Below are positions 34,355 through 44,540 of a DNA stretch of 52,456 nt, in pieces. Position 1 is the first letter of the stretch. Each line of letters starts with the position of its first letter. The notes under the pieces are model-generated. The model ran no database searches, was not told the DNA's origin, and worked only from the letters and a program-made list of their open reading frames with translations. The position numbers were made by a program, and so were the translations under genes. Source of the DNA: Lysobacterales bacterium (GTDB taxonomy: Bacteria > Pseudomonadota > Gammaproteobacteria > Xanthomonadales > Marinicellaceae); the NCBI GenBank assembly GCA_020442665.1, contig JAGRJP010000018.1:1-52456 (forward strand), given 5' to 3'.

Positions 34355-36520
34355 GTGACAGCATCAGATGTCACGACTATTTTAAATCACCCGGCTGTTG
34401 TTACAGCTTATAATTCGCTTGCTGGACTCACTCGGGGTTATCTTTCTTCAAGCGAACAGAAACTTCTAAAAAAAGCCTTCCATTACGGAGCAGAAGCTCA
34501 CCGTAAACAATTCAGGAAATCGGGTGAGCCGTATATCACTCACCCATTAACTGTTGCCAGTATTCTTGCTGAGCTCAATTTCGACATCAATACGCTTTGT
34601 GCAGCCATTCTGCATGATACGATTGAGGATACTGAAGTTACAGAAGAAGATTTGGTAAAAACATTCAATAAAACCGTCGCTTATCTGGTTCAAGCGGTCA
34701 CCAAACTTGATAAACTCAAGTTTCGAAACCTGAAAGAAGCACAAGCCGAAAGTTTTGTTAAAATGCTATTTGTAATGGCTGACGACTTACGAGTTATTAT
34801 TATCAAACTCGCGGACAGATTGCATAACATGCGCACGATCAGCGCCATGAGTGAATCGAGCCGGAAAAGAATTTCCCGAGAAACTCTGGAAGTCTTTGCC
34901 CCGATTGCAGAAAGATTAGGACTAAAAAAAATACAAAATGAAATTCAAGAACTCGCATTCTGGGCTTTGCTACCAAATATTGCTGAAAAACTTTCCTTAA
35001 AAGTTAAAGAACTATCAGGCAATCGCAAAGAAGCTATCAAAAAAATTCAGAAAAAGATATCCAAGTCCTTATTACATTCCAGTCTCAATGCTGAAGTCGA
35101 AGGTCGGCAAAAAACACTTTACAGCATCTACAAAAAACAACAGGAAAAAAATCTGGAATTCGACCAAATTCATGATGTGTTTGGCGTACGAGTTATCGTT
35201 AAATCGGTTCAAGAGTGCTATATCGCACTAGGAGTTATTCACGGACTTTATGCTCCTCGAGAGAATAGCTTCAAGGACTATATTGCAGTGCCAAAAACTA
35301 ATGGCTACCAGTCCATTCATACACTAGTGACCGGCCCTTACGGTTTGGCAATTGAAGTCCAAATCAGGACTAGTGAGATGGATAAAGTTTGTGAATCAGG
35401 CGTTGCCGCCCATTGGATGTATAAGAATAAAAGCTCTGATAGCACGTCACGTTTAACATTGGCGCGAAACTGGCTTGGAGATTTGCTTCATTTGCAAAAA
35501 GAAACAGGTAGTTCCTTGGAGTTTTATGAAAACATGAAAAAAGATTTAATCATGGATGAAATCTATGTTTTCACACCTCGTGGAAAAATCATTCAACTGC
35601 CATTACAATCTACAGCATTGGATTTTGCTTATGCCATTCACACATCTGTTGGAAATACAGCCGTTTCTGCTGAAATAAATAGCAAACCGGCATCGTTAAA
35701 ACAAAAATTACAAACCGGACAAACAGTCAAAATTAATACCAGTGAGACAAACGCTCCTAAGGCAGAATGGTTAAACATTGTTACTACAAGCAAGGCAAGA
35801 ACAGCGATTCGACATGAACTCAAACAAATAACCGACCAAGATGCCGTGCAAGTAGGACATAAAATGCTAGATCGAGCATTAGACACCTACGGCCTATCCT
35901 TTGATAAATTGGATGACAAAACCATTCAAAAAGCTCTCAAATATTATAAAAAAGACAGCATGGATGACTTGTTAAAGTCTTTTGCATTTGCTGAATTATT
36001 GCCTTCAATTGCTGCAAAAAAAATGCTCCCATTATATAAACAAAGAGGCTTAGCTAAAGAGTATTTACCCAAAGAGGCATTTTCAATTACCGGTAAAGAA
36101 GGATCTATTTTAAGCTATCCACAATGTTGTGAACCTCTGCCTGATGATGAAATCGTCGGGTACATGAGTCCAATAAAAGGAATTGTCGTGCATAGAAAGA
36201 ACTGTCCCAATTTGGAGGAAATGGAGAAAAATCCGGAACGCATGATTGTCATGAAATGGGATTTGGAGCAAGAAGTCTTGTTCCGCACAACTATTCAAAT
36301 GGATGTCATCAATAAACTAGGCGTATTGGCAAAATTAGCGAGTATTGTTGCAGAGAATCATGGTAACATAGAAAGGTTTGATCAGGTTGATAGAGATGGA
36401 AATTACTCAGGTTTAGAGTTTCACCTTAGTATCGCAAACAAAATGAACTTGAAAAACATTTTATATAAATTAAGGCAACTTCCGGAGGTTCTAAAAGCTT
36501 CCAGAAAAGAAATTGGATAG
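34355..36520 (+). CDS. spoT: Bifunctional (p)ppGpp synthetase/hydrolase SpoT
   Basis: 721 aa with a GTG start. The HD hydrolase domain is intact (GEPYITHPLTVA...AAILHDTIEDT). The synthetase core has RQKTLYSIYKK, YQSIHT and EVQIRT. TGS and ACT domains are present. It follows rpoZ in the conserved order. Confidence 0.92.
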   Translation: MTASDVTTILNHPAVVTAYNSLAGLTRGYLSSSEQKLLKKAFHYGAEAHRKQFRKSGEPYITHPLTVASILAELNFDINTLCAAILHDTIEDTEVTEEDLVKTFNKTVAYLVQAVTKLDKLKFRNLKEAQAESFVKMLFVMADDLRVIIIKLADRLHNMRTISAMSESSRKRISRETLEVFAPIAERLGLKKIQNEIQELAFWALLPNIAEKLSLKVKELSGNRKEAIKKIQKKISKSLLHSSLNAEVEGRQKTLYSIYKKQQEKNLEFDQIHDVFGVRVIVKSVQECYIALGVIHGLYAPRENSFKDYIAVPKTNGYQSIHTLVTGPYGLAIEVQIRTSEMDKVCESGVAAHWMYKNKSSDSTSRLTLARNWLGDLLHLQKETGSSLEFYENMKKDLIMDEIYVFTPRGKIIQLPLQSTALDFAYAIHTSVGNTAVSAEINSKPASLKQKLQTGQTVKINTSETNAPKAEWLNIVTTSKARTAIRHELKQITDQDAVQVGHKMLDRALDTYGLSFDKLDDKTIQKALKYYKKDSMDDLLKSFAFAELLPSIAAKKMLPLYKQRGLAKEYLPKEAFSITGKEGSILSYPQCCEPLPDDEIVGYMSPIKGIVVHRKNCPNLEEMEKNPERMIVMKWDLEQEVLFRTTIQMDVINKLGVLAKLASIVAENHGNIERFDQVDRDGNYSGLEFHLSIANKMNLKNILYKLRQLPEVLKASRKEIG

Positions 36521-36525
36521 ATATC

Positions 36526-36906
36526 ATGAAGAAAATTATCGAAACACAAGATGCACCTGCAGCAATTGGAACATATTCGCAAGCAGTGACTCATAATAAT
36601 GTTTTGTATGTTTCAGGACAAATACCGATTAATCCTAAAAGTGGCGAAATGCGAGAAGAAGATTTTTCCAAGCAAACTCATCAGGTATTCAGAAACTTAC
36701 AAGCAATTGCAATCGCGGCAGGAACAAGCCTGCAAAATACCTTAAAATTAAATATTTTCGTTCAAGATTTATCGCATTTTGCAACGCTCAATGACATAAT
36801 GTCCCAGTATTTTGAGGAACCCTATCCAGCTCGTGCGGCAATTGAGGTTGCCGGATTACCAAAAAACGCAATGATAGAGATGGATGCCATTATTGCAATT
36901 CAATAA
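36526..36906 (+). CDS. ridA: RidA/YjgF-family reactive-intermediate deaminase
   Basis: 126 aa. APAAIGTYSQAV...LYVSGQIPI...PARAAIEVAGLPKNAMIEMDAI. Its position after spoT matches Pseudomonas. Confidence 0.85.
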   Translation: MKKIIETQDAPAAIGTYSQAVTHNNVLYVSGQIPINPKSGEMREEDFSKQTHQVFRNLQAIAIAAGTSLQNTLKLNIFVQDLSHFATLNDIMSQYFEEPYPARAAIEVAGLPKNAMIEMDAIIAIQ

Positions 36907-36921
36907 AAGAGGAAATATTAA

Positions 36922-39270
36922 ATGAAATTATTATCTGTACTTTTTACTAGTTTGTTCGTAACAATTGCGCATTCTCAACAAGCTGAAATTGTAAATGCTG
37001 CATCAAACACATACATTATTCAACTCAATCATCAGAGTTTGGTTCATTATGATGGTGGATATGAAAGTTTTGATGCAACATCACCTAGTGCAACAGGTAC
37101 TAGAAAGCTTGATACAAAATCTGAAGCTGCACAAGCCTATCTTCAATTCCTAAGAGACGAACTATCTAATACTGTGGATCAAATCCAAACGACTCTAGGA
37201 AGAAGTGTGAATACAAAGTTTGAGTATTACTATGCCAATTATGGAATGGCGATGAATTTGACTGCTGATGAAGCAAGTTTGATTCTATCAATTGGTGGTG
37301 TTGTTAGTGTGGTGAAAGAAAAAATTTATGAATTGGACACTGACGTTGGTCCAACATTCATTGGTGCGAACACAATTTGGGATGGTACTTCGGTTCCAGG
37401 TAATATTCCCAATCAGGGTGAGGGAATGATAGTTGGTGTATTGGATACTGGTATCAACATGGATCATCCGTCTTTTTCTGACTCTCCAGAAGATCTATAT
37501 GATTTTGCAGCAGCAAACCCATTAGGCGCTGGTAATACGGTGGCCGGTTCAGACTGTAGTCCAACAAATGTTTGTAACAACAAACTGATTGGTGTTTGGG
37601 ACTTTGCCGATGGTCCTGATGACACTAACGGACACGGATCACATACTGCAAGTACTGTAGCAGGTAACAGAATAACAGCAGGTTCTATTCCAGGTGGTTT
37701 TGTGACAACAACAGGAACTCCGTTAGCGGCTCCAAGCATCTCGGGTGTAGCTCCCCATGCTCATATTATTGCTTATGATGTGTGTATTAGTACTTGTGCC
37801 GGTTCTGCCATAACAGCAGCTATAAATCAGGCAATTGCCGATGGTGTTGATGTTATTTCATATTCAATCAGTGGCGGTACATCCCCATGGACTGATTCAG
37901 ATAGATTGTATCTCGATGCTATGAATGCAGGTATCGTTGTTTCTGCTTCAGCAGGCAACACCAGTACTAGTGTTCCAGATCCAGTAGGCAATGTAAACCA
38001 CAGAGGACCATGGTTACTTTCTGTAGCGAATTCTTCTCACAGCCGTGCATTGAAAAACAGAGTTGATATTACTCAGCCGACTCCGATACCTTCACATCTG
38101 GTTGATATGTATGGTTTATTGGGAGTTGCAAATAATTTTAGTGGTGATGTTGATGCCGGTCTATTATATGCAGGTAATGTTGCTCCAGGGAACCAAGAGG
38201 GTTGTAGTGCATTTCCAGCCAATTCCTTTGATGGCAAAATTGCTTTAATCATTCGTGGCAGCTGTTCTTTCGCATCAAAAATAGATAATGCAGAGGCAGC
38301 AGGAGCCGTTGCTGCAATTATCTATAATAATCAAGCGGATATTCCAATCGTTATGGGTGGAATTGAGTCAACGAATATTCCAGCTGTAATGATTGGACAA
38401 GCAGATGGCGATGCCATCGTTGCTTTCATTGGTTCTGTTGTTGCTACAACCGTTGAAGCTTTTATATCAGGAACCGCTACATATACTATGATTGATTCAT
38501 TAGGCAATATTTTAAATGCTGGTAGTTTACAAGGTCCAAATAATTCATTTGATGTAACAAAACCAGATATAAATGGTCCCGGGACAAATATTTTTGCTGC
38601 ATATAAAGATGGCACAGCTGCTCCTCAGTTTGAGTTCCTTTCAGGAACTTCTATGTCAGCCCCACATGTTTCTGGGTCAGCATTATTAGTCATGAAAGCA
38701 CACCCAGATTGGAGTCCTTCAGAAATAAAATCAGCAATGATGATGACAGCAGATAGTGCGGTGACTACAGGTACTGGTGCTCCGGCAACTCCAGATCAAG
38801 TTGGAAGTGGAACTATTGATTTGACCAAAGCAGCAAAAGCAGCTTTGGTTATGGATGAAACCTTTGCTAATTATTTAGCTGCGAATCCATCATTGGGTGG
38901 AGATCCAGCAACATTAAATATCCCTAGTGTAAGAGATACCAACTGTTCCAGTAATTGTAGTTGGACTAGAACAGTAAAAAACAGATCATCATCAACTTAT
39001 ACATGGTCTACTGCGGATGTTAAAATGAGAGATGGTGGTGTCATTACAGTTTCTCCATCGAGTTTTGAATTGGCACCTAACGCCACTCAATCAATTGATA
39101 TTACATACACTGTATGTTCTGGAACCTTATCTGAATTGAGATTTAATGATGTTATTTTAGCGGCAAATAGTGGAGATGTTCCAGACTCAAGAATTACATT
39201 AGCTGTACTGCCTACTGCAATTGGAGACTGTTCTCCATTTGATCTTATCTTTGAAAATGGATTTGAATAG
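36922..39270 (+). CDS. Secreted subtilisin-like (S8) serine protease with PA-domain insert
   Basis: 782 aa with a signal peptide, an inhibitor-I9-like propeptide, the catalytic triad contexts GVLDTGI (Asp), HGSHTAST (His) and GTSMSAPHVSG (Ser), and a PA-type insert (GKIALIIRGSCSFASK). Confidence 0.88.
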   Translation: MKLLSVLFTSLFVTIAHSQQAEIVNAASNTYIIQLNHQSLVHYDGGYESFDATSPSATGTRKLDTKSEAAQAYLQFLRDELSNTVDQIQTTLGRSVNTKFEYYYANYGMAMNLTADEASLILSIGGVVSVVKEKIYELDTDVGPTFIGANTIWDGTSVPGNIPNQGEGMIVGVLDTGINMDHPSFSDSPEDLYDFAAANPLGAGNTVAGSDCSPTNVCNNKLIGVWDFADGPDDTNGHGSHTASTVAGNRITAGSIPGGFVTTTGTPLAAPSISGVAPHAHIIAYDVCISTCAGSAITAAINQAIADGVDVISYSISGGTSPWTDSDRLYLDAMNAGIVVSASAGNTSTSVPDPVGNVNHRGPWLLSVANSSHSRALKNRVDITQPTPIPSHLVDMYGLLGVANNFSGDVDAGLLYAGNVAPGNQEGCSAFPANSFDGKIALIIRGSCSFASKIDNAEAAGAVAAIIYNNQADIPIVMGGIESTNIPAVMIGQADGDAIVAFIGSVVATTVEAFISGTATYTMIDSLGNILNAGSLQGPNNSFDVTKPDINGPGTNIFAAYKDGTAAPQFEFLSGTSMSAPHVSGSALLVMKAHPDWSPSEIKSAMMMTADSAVTTGTGAPATPDQVGSGTIDLTKAAKAALVMDETFANYLAANPSLGGDPATLNIPSVRDTNCSSNCSWTRTVKNRSSSTYTWSTADVKMRDGGVITVSPSSFELAPNATQSIDITYTVCSGTLSELRFNDVILAANSGDVPDSRITLAVLPTAIGDCSPFDLIFENGFE

Positions 39271-39296
39271 CTAACAACCTTAATATGTCGAACTAA

Positions 39297-39336
39297 ACAA
39301 AAAAGCCCTTACTTGAAAACGTAAGGGCTTTTTTAA
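39297..39336. terminator. Bidirectional rho-independent terminator
   Basis: An A-run, then AGCCCTTAC (39304..39312) paired with GTAAGGGCT (39321..39329), then a T-run. It lies between convergent genes. Confidence 0.85.
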
Positions 39337-39372
39337 TGTTGAGACTAAATTTATTTTTTAATATTTAGAAGT

Positions 39373-40113
39373 TTAATGCAGCTTCTCAACCCAAATATTT
39401 TCTTGTAAAGGAACTCTTCTTTCCTCGCTTGGTTTGTTTATTTTTTCAACATTTGGAGTTGGCTCATCTTCACCTCTGACCCATTCAACAGTATCAATTC
39501 CGATAAAGTTAGAGTTTGTTCCGTAAAATCCGGCATCTTCCACATAATACAAAAAAGCTACTCGCCCAGCACCATTGACTTCGACCTCAAATTGAGTCCA
39601 TTCGAATAATGGATAACCCTCTGGATATTTTAACTCAGTCGTTAAATCAGGATTAATCGACATAAGTACATGAGAAAAATCACCAAGGTCATCGGTACAG
39701 TTTCCGGTTTCGACACCACCAGTTGGACTATATATCACATACAAACGATCTGGATAGACGTTATAATTATTGCTCGCTTTAACACTACGAGTATAAAATG
39801 AAATAGATTCCAAGTTACCTAAATCCGGCATAATCAGATAATTACAAATTGTGTTGGGCACCCCATCATTATCGATGTCAGTATTTCGATAATTTGCAGC
39901 TATATAAGAAGTCGTATCACCTTCATTTGATGAAACGATAGTTTCAACACCTTGAAACCAACCGGTCTCTCCTAATGGTTCTGAACGATTATCAAATATC
40001 CAGCCAGGGATATCCTCAATATCATCAAAACCTTGTTCAGTAGGAGCTTCCTGTGAATACAATTGTCCGGAAAACAATATACTTGACACGATTAAACCTA
40101 TTTGCTTCTTCAT
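39373..40113 (-). CDS. Secreted protein, possibly choice-of-anchor-J-like domain
   Basis: 246 aa with signal peptide MKKQIGLIVSSILFSGQLYSQ. The mature N-terminus (GFDDIEDIPGWIFDN...GWFQG...) resembles that domain family. Assigned from pattern memory only. Confidence 0.4.
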   Translation of the reverse strand: MKKQIGLIVSSILFSGQLYSQEAPTEQGFDDIEDIPGWIFDNRSEPLGETGWFQGVETIVSSNEGDTTSYIAANYRNTDIDNDGVPNTICNYLIMPDLGNLESISFYTRSVKASNNYNVYPDRLYVIYSPTGGVETGNCTDDLGDFSHVLMSINPDLTTELKYPEGYPLFEWTQFEVEVNGAGRVAFLYYVEDAGFYGTNSNFIGIDTVEWVRGEDEPTPNVEKINKPSEERRVPLQENIWVEKLH

Positions 40114-40231
40114 AGTTTCAAAATATTTAAATTATTCGGGATTTTATAATTAATGCCTTTGTATAGCAATAAATTGCCTGATAATGGATTAAGATAAATT
40201 TTTCAAAAGTTCAAAGAAGGTTGTATTAACT

Positions 40232-40894
40232 TCAATCTTGCAAGCTGATATTTTCCGTATTTATTTCCGGTTTTGCTATTTGTTTTTTCTCAACCAACAC
40301 ACTTCCAACCTCATCTAATGATAATTTGCTTAAATCAAAATGTGGCTCACTTACAATAGTCTTCTTCGAAAAAACAGTTCCTACCACATCTACTGTTAAA
40401 CCGGATACATCTATATCAGGTTGAGGAATATGTTTTTTTTGAACAATTTCAACACCCACTTCATCCAAACTCAAGTCGCGCAAGTCATATTCCGGTTCAG
40501 GTACTTCAACTTTATCAACAATTTCCACACCGACTTCATCGAGCTTTAATTTCGAGGTATCAAAGTGTTTTGGAGGAACAAATGGTTTATTGACAATCAT
40601 CACTCCCACATTAGACATTGTCAAGGCTTCTTTCTTTTCAGAGGATGTACTTTCCTCTGATTCTTGTTTGACTAATGTTACACGCAAGCCGGCTTTTTTA
40701 AGCACAGCCCTCATGTTACTGGCTTTTTCCATAGTCAGTGATTTTTTTAAGGTTCTCGGCTTCCCGTCGAAGAACAATCTTGATTTCTCAATCGGTAATT
40801 TAAAAAGTTTTGAAAAATGTAATTCTGCTTTTTGCTGATCCATCGAACCAGCAAATTTACCTTTAAAAATGATATCGAATAAAACTTCGCTCAT
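40232..40894 (-). CDS. Hypothetical protein with about 4.5 tandem 25-aa repeats
   Basis: 220 aa with an N-terminal compact domain of about 75 aa and an acidic/Ser linker. The repeats are PPKHFDTSKLKLDEVGVEIVDKVEV / PEPEYDLRDLSLDEVGVEIVQKKHI / PQPDIDVSGLTVDVVGTVFSKKTIV / SEPHFDLSKLSLDEVGSVLVEKKQI / AKPEINTENISLQD. Its ATG overlaps the acyltransferase stop (ATGA). Confidence 0.6.
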   Translation of the reverse strand: MSEVLFDIIFKGKFAGSMDQQKAELHFSKLFKLPIEKSRLFFDGKPRTLKKSLTMEKASNMRAVLKKAGLRVTLVKQESEESTSSEKKEALTMSNVGVMIVNKPFVPPKHFDTSKLKLDEVGVEIVDKVEVPEPEYDLRDLSLDEVGVEIVQKKHIPQPDIDVSGLTVDVVGTVFSKKTIVSEPHFDLSKLSLDEVGSVLVEKKQIAKPEINTENISLQD

Positions 40895-41754
40895 GACAAT
40901 TTCTTATCTTGTTTAAACCACAATTCATTCAACCAGTTTTGCAAATCTTGCTTAAACGCAGAATCTGTTAAGTAATTCTTATTCTTTAAATTATCAGGAA
41001 TTTTAATTTTTTCAACCAAAACCTGTACTTTTGCAAATTTACCACACATGTATTCCCAAGGACTTGGTGGATGTGGTAAATATTTAATACTCGTTAAAAT
41101 TAAATAGCTGATTCTGTCACCCATAGATCCGAGCACAAACCCTATGCCACCGGATTTGGGTTTTAATAAATGCGTAAATTGTGACTGTTGTTTATCATGC
41201 TTTGCTTGAGTAAAACGTGTTCCTTCAACATAGTTAATTACGGTGATTGGATAATCTTTAAATTTTTCGCATGCTTTACGGGTAATTTCCAAATCCTTTC
41301 CTTTCATGTGAGGATTTTTTTGCAGATACTCTTTTGTAAAACGTCTCATAAATGGAAAATCAAGTGCCCACCAAGCCAAACCAAGAAATGGCATCCAGAT
41401 TAATTCTTTTTTTAAGAAGAACTTTAAAAAAGGAATTTTTTTATGAAACACACTTTGCAACACTGGGATATCTGCAGCAGCAACGTGATTACTTATCAGC
41501 AAATACCAATCATCTTTTTGTAAATCATTCAACCCTGATACTTCCAGTTTTTTTCCATGTAATATTCGATGTGAATGATTGTTTAAAGCAACCCATGTTT
41601 CTGCAATCCATACCAATAAACGTGATAAAGCTCGGCGAAAGCCGTGAATGGGTACAATCAATTTTATTAATGCAAAAATCAATAAAATTGGAACCCAAAA
41701 TAATGTGTTGATAACAACCAATATTAAAAAAACACTTCCTTTCAAAGAACTCAT
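40891..41754 (-). CDS. Membrane-associated lysophospholipid/glycerolipid acyltransferase (YihG-like)
   Basis: 287 aa with an N-terminal TM helix, the H-x4-D acyltransferase motif (NHVAAAD), and a later VEGTRF block. Confidence 0.7.
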   Translation of the reverse strand: MSSLKGSVFLILVVINTLFWVPILLIFALIKLIVPIHGFRRALSRLLVWIAETWVALNNHSHRILHGKKLEVSGLNDLQKDDWYLLISNHVAAADIPVLQSVFHKKIPFLKFFLKKELIWMPFLGLAWWALDFPFMRRFTKEYLQKNPHMKGKDLEITRKACEKFKDYPITVINYVEGTRFTQAKHDKQQSQFTHLLKPKSGGIGFVLGSMGDRISYLILTSIKYLPHPPSPWEYMCGKFAKVQVLVEKIKIPDNLKNKNYLTDSAFKQDLQNWLNELWFKQDKKLS

Positions 41755-41868
41755 TCTATTGTGTAGTAGTTAATAAGAGCCATTAATTTTAGCTTTTTTT
41801 ATGTTTTTTCACTATCAAACACGATTATTTAACTAAAGTTATTACCAATTTCCAAAACTTACGGATAG

Positions 41869-41902
41869 AATATATCTCTTTATTCGCACAAAGAGATATA
41901 TT
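41869..41902 (+). promoter_or_regulatory. 13-bp perfect hairpin overlapping the metK Shine-Dalgarno region
   Basis: AATATATCTCTTT (41869..41881), an 8-nt loop ATTCGCAC, then AAAGAGATATATT (41890..41902). The 3' arm contains the only SD-like purine run (AAGAGA) and ends 4 nt before the metK ATG (41907). Confidence 0.5.
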
Positions 41903-41906
41903 AATT

Positions 41907-43076
41907 ATGAGCAATAGAACAACCGACTATCTTTTCACCTCAGAATCAGTTTCTGAAGGACATCCGGATAAGCTGGCTGACCAAATATCAGATGCTGTGT
42001 TGGATGCTATTTTGGCACAAGATAAATCTGCCAGAGTTGCCTGTGAAACATTAGTAAAAACAGGAACAGCAATCATCGCAGGTGAAATCACAACTTCAGC
42101 TTGGGTGGATTTAGATGACATCGTTAGAAAAGTGATAACTGATGTTGGATATGATAATTCTAATGTCGGATTTGATGGTCACACATGTGCTGTAATGTCA
42201 TTAATTGGCAAACAGTCAGGTGACATCAACCAAGGTGTTGACAGACAAAGCCCTGAGGAACAAGGTGCCGGAGACCAAGGTTTGATGTTTGGATACGCTT
42301 CCAATGAAACCGATGTATTAATGCCGGCTCCAATCACTTATGCTCATCGTTTGGTTGAAAGACAATCGTTTGTTCGTAGAAGCGGTAAATTATCATGGTT
42401 ACGTCCGGATGCGAAAAGTCAGCTGACTTTCCGCTATGTCGATGACAAGCCGGTTTCAATTGACGCTGTTGTTTTATCAACTCAGCATGATGAAGACATC
42501 TCGTTGAAAGACTTGCGCGAAGCGGTTATGGAAGAAATCATCAAGCCGGTATTACCTGAAAACTGGTTAACCAAAGATACTTTATTCCATATCAATCCTA
42601 CCGGAAAGTTCGTTATTGGCGGACCTGTAGGCGATTGTGGACTGACAGGAAGAAAAATCATTGTTGATACTTACGGTGGTATGGCACGTCATGGTGGTGG
42701 AGCATTCTCAGGAAAAGATCCTTCTAAAGTGGATCGATCAGCAGCTTATGCCGGTCGTTATGTCGCAAAAAATGTGGTTGCAGCCGGTCTGGCTGATCGT
42801 TGTGAAGTTCAGGTTTCTTATGCAATTGGCGTTGCTAAACCAACTTCCATCAGCGTAACCACTTTTGGAACAAATAAAATTCCGGAAGAAACAATTGAAC
42901 AACTAATCCGTGAAAATTTCAATCTAACTCCATACGGAATTATCACTGAACTGGATTTGATTCGTCCAATTTACCAAAAAACCGCAGCTTATGGACACAT
43001 GGGGCGTGAAGATGAAGATTTCACTTGGGAAAAAACAGATAAAGCAGAAATACTGAGACAAGCAGCGAAAATATAA
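41907..43076 (+). CDS. metK: S-adenosylmethionine synthetase
   Basis: 389 aa. [38 protein letters not shown] and [19 protein letters not shown]. Confidence 0.97.
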   Translation: MSNRTTDYLFTSESVSEGHPDKLADQISDAVLDAILAQDKSARVACETLVKTGTAIIAGEITTSAWVDLDDIVRKVITDVGYDNSNVGFDGHTCAVMSLIGKQSGDINQGVDRQSPEEQGAGDQGLMFGYASNETDVLMPAPITYAHRLVERQSFVRRSGKLSWLRPDAKSQLTFRYVDDKPVSIDAVVLSTQHDEDISLKDLREAVMEEIIKPVLPENWLTKDTLFHINPTGKFVIGGPVGDCGLTGRKIIVDTYGGMARHGGGAFSGKDPSKVDRSAAYAGRYVAKNVVAAGLADRCEVQVSYAIGVAKPTSISVTTFGTNKIPEETIEQLIRENFNLTPYGIITELDLIRPIYQKTAAYGHMGREDEDFTWEKTDKAEILRQAAKI

Positions 43077-43095
43077 CTTAAGAATTGAGAGAAAA

Positions 43096-44529
43096 ATGAC
43101 ACAACAGATTAACAAAGAGAAAATAGAAGACTTCACACCCGATTATATTGTTGCCGACATTAGCCTGGCAGAATGGGGTTATAAAGAGTTCAGAATTGCC
43201 GAGACGGAAATGCCCGGACTCATGTCAATTCGTGAAGAATACAAAGATAAACAACCGTTAAAAGGAGCACGCATTGCCGGTTCTTTACACATGACAGTTC
43301 AAACCGCTATTCTGATTGAGACATTGGTTGCTTTAGGTGCAGAAGTGCGTTGGGCATCTTGCAATATATACTCCACCCAAGATCACGCAGCGGCAGCTAT
43401 TGCTGATCAAGGTATTCCTGTATTTGCAGTCAAAGGAGAAACCCTAGATGAATATTGGGAATACACCCATCGAATTATGCAATGGCACGATGGTGGAACT
43501 CCAAATATGATTTTGGATGATGGTGGTGATGCGACAATGCTACTCATGTTAGGTGCAAAAGCAGAGAAAGATCCATCGGTTCTTGATAATCCTCAATCTG
43601 CAGAAGAAAAATGTTTATTTAGTTCCATCAAAAAGCGTTTGCCAACAAGCAATGGTTGGTACACCAAAGCATTGGCAAATATTCAAGGTGTGACTGAAGA
43701 AACAACTACCGGTGTTCATCGTTTGTACGAAATTGCAAAAGCCGGTGAGTTACCGTTCCCTGCAATTAACGTCAATGACTCTGTGACTAAATCTAAATTT
43801 GATAATTTATACGGATGTCGTGAGTCTTTGGTTGACGGTATCAAACGTGCCACGGATGTTATGATTGCCGGTAAAGTTGCGGTCGTTTGTGGTTACGGTG
43901 ACGTTGGTAAAGGTTGTGCTCAATCATTGCGTGGTTTGGGAGCAACTGTTTTGATAACAGAAATCGACCCGATTTGTGCTTTGCAAGCAGCAATGGAAGG
44001 ATTTAAAGTTGTGACATTGGACGAAGTTTGTAATCAAGCTGATATTTTTGTAACAGCGACAGGAAACTTCAACATCATTACTTATGACCACATGAAAAAA
44101 ATGCGTGATCAGGCAATTGTTTGTAATATTGGACACTTCGACAACGAAATTGACGTTGCCAGTTTGGAAGAAAAATGTCAATGGGATCAAATCAAACCTC
44201 AGGTTGATCATGTGATTTTTGACGATGGTAAAAAAATCATCTTATTGGCTAAAGGTCGCTTAATCAATCTGGGTTGTGCAACCGGACATCCAAGTTTTGT
44301 AATGTCCAATTCATTCACTAATCAGGTTTTAGCTCAAATTGAGTTATTCTCAAATGGTGAAAATTACCAGAACCAAGTTTATGTTCTTCCTAAAAAATTG
44401 GATGAAAAAGTGGCCAGACTTCATTTAGCGAGAGTTGGTGCGAAACTGACACAACTCACTGAAAAACAGGCTGCTTATATTGGTGTTACAACAGATGGAC
44501 CGTATAAACCGGAACATTATAGATATTAA
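43096..44529 (+). CDS. ahcY: Adenosylhomocysteinase
   Basis: 477 aa. [28 protein letters not shown], the NAD site [12 protein letters not shown], and GHFDNEID. Confidence 0.97.
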   Translation: MTQQINKEKIEDFTPDYIVADISLAEWGYKEFRIAETEMPGLMSIREEYKDKQPLKGARIAGSLHMTVQTAILIETLVALGAEVRWASCNIYSTQDHAAAAIADQGIPVFAVKGETLDEYWEYTHRIMQWHDGGTPNMILDDGGDATMLLMLGAKAEKDPSVLDNPQSAEEKCLFSSIKKRLPTSNGWYTKALANIQGVTEETTTGVHRLYEIAKAGELPFPAINVNDSVTKSKFDNLYGCRESLVDGIKRATDVMIAGKVAVVCGYGDVGKGCAQSLRGLGATVLITEIDPICALQAAMEGFKVVTLDEVCNQADIFVTATGNFNIITYDHMKKMRDQAIVCNIGHFDNEIDVASLEEKCQWDQIKPQVDHVIFDDGKKIILLAKGRLINLGCATGHPSFVMSNSFTNQVLAQIELFSNGENYQNQVYVLPKKLDEKVARLHLARVGAKLTQLTEKQAAYIGVTTDGPYKPEHYRY

Positions 44530-44540
44530 GAGTTAAAAAT

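Noticed and set aside
30469-36520. Two RelA/SpoT homologs as a possible small alarmone synthetase toxin system
   Set aside because: Both are full-length long RSH proteins with TGS and ACT domains: one has a degenerate hydrolase (RelA) and one an intact HD (SpoT). This is the normal gammaproteobacterial pair.
43077-43095. SAH riboswitch upstream of ahcY
   Set aside because: The metK-ahcY gap is only 19 nt, far too short for the element. Any metabolite control would have to act at the metK leader (see the finding at 41869..41902).
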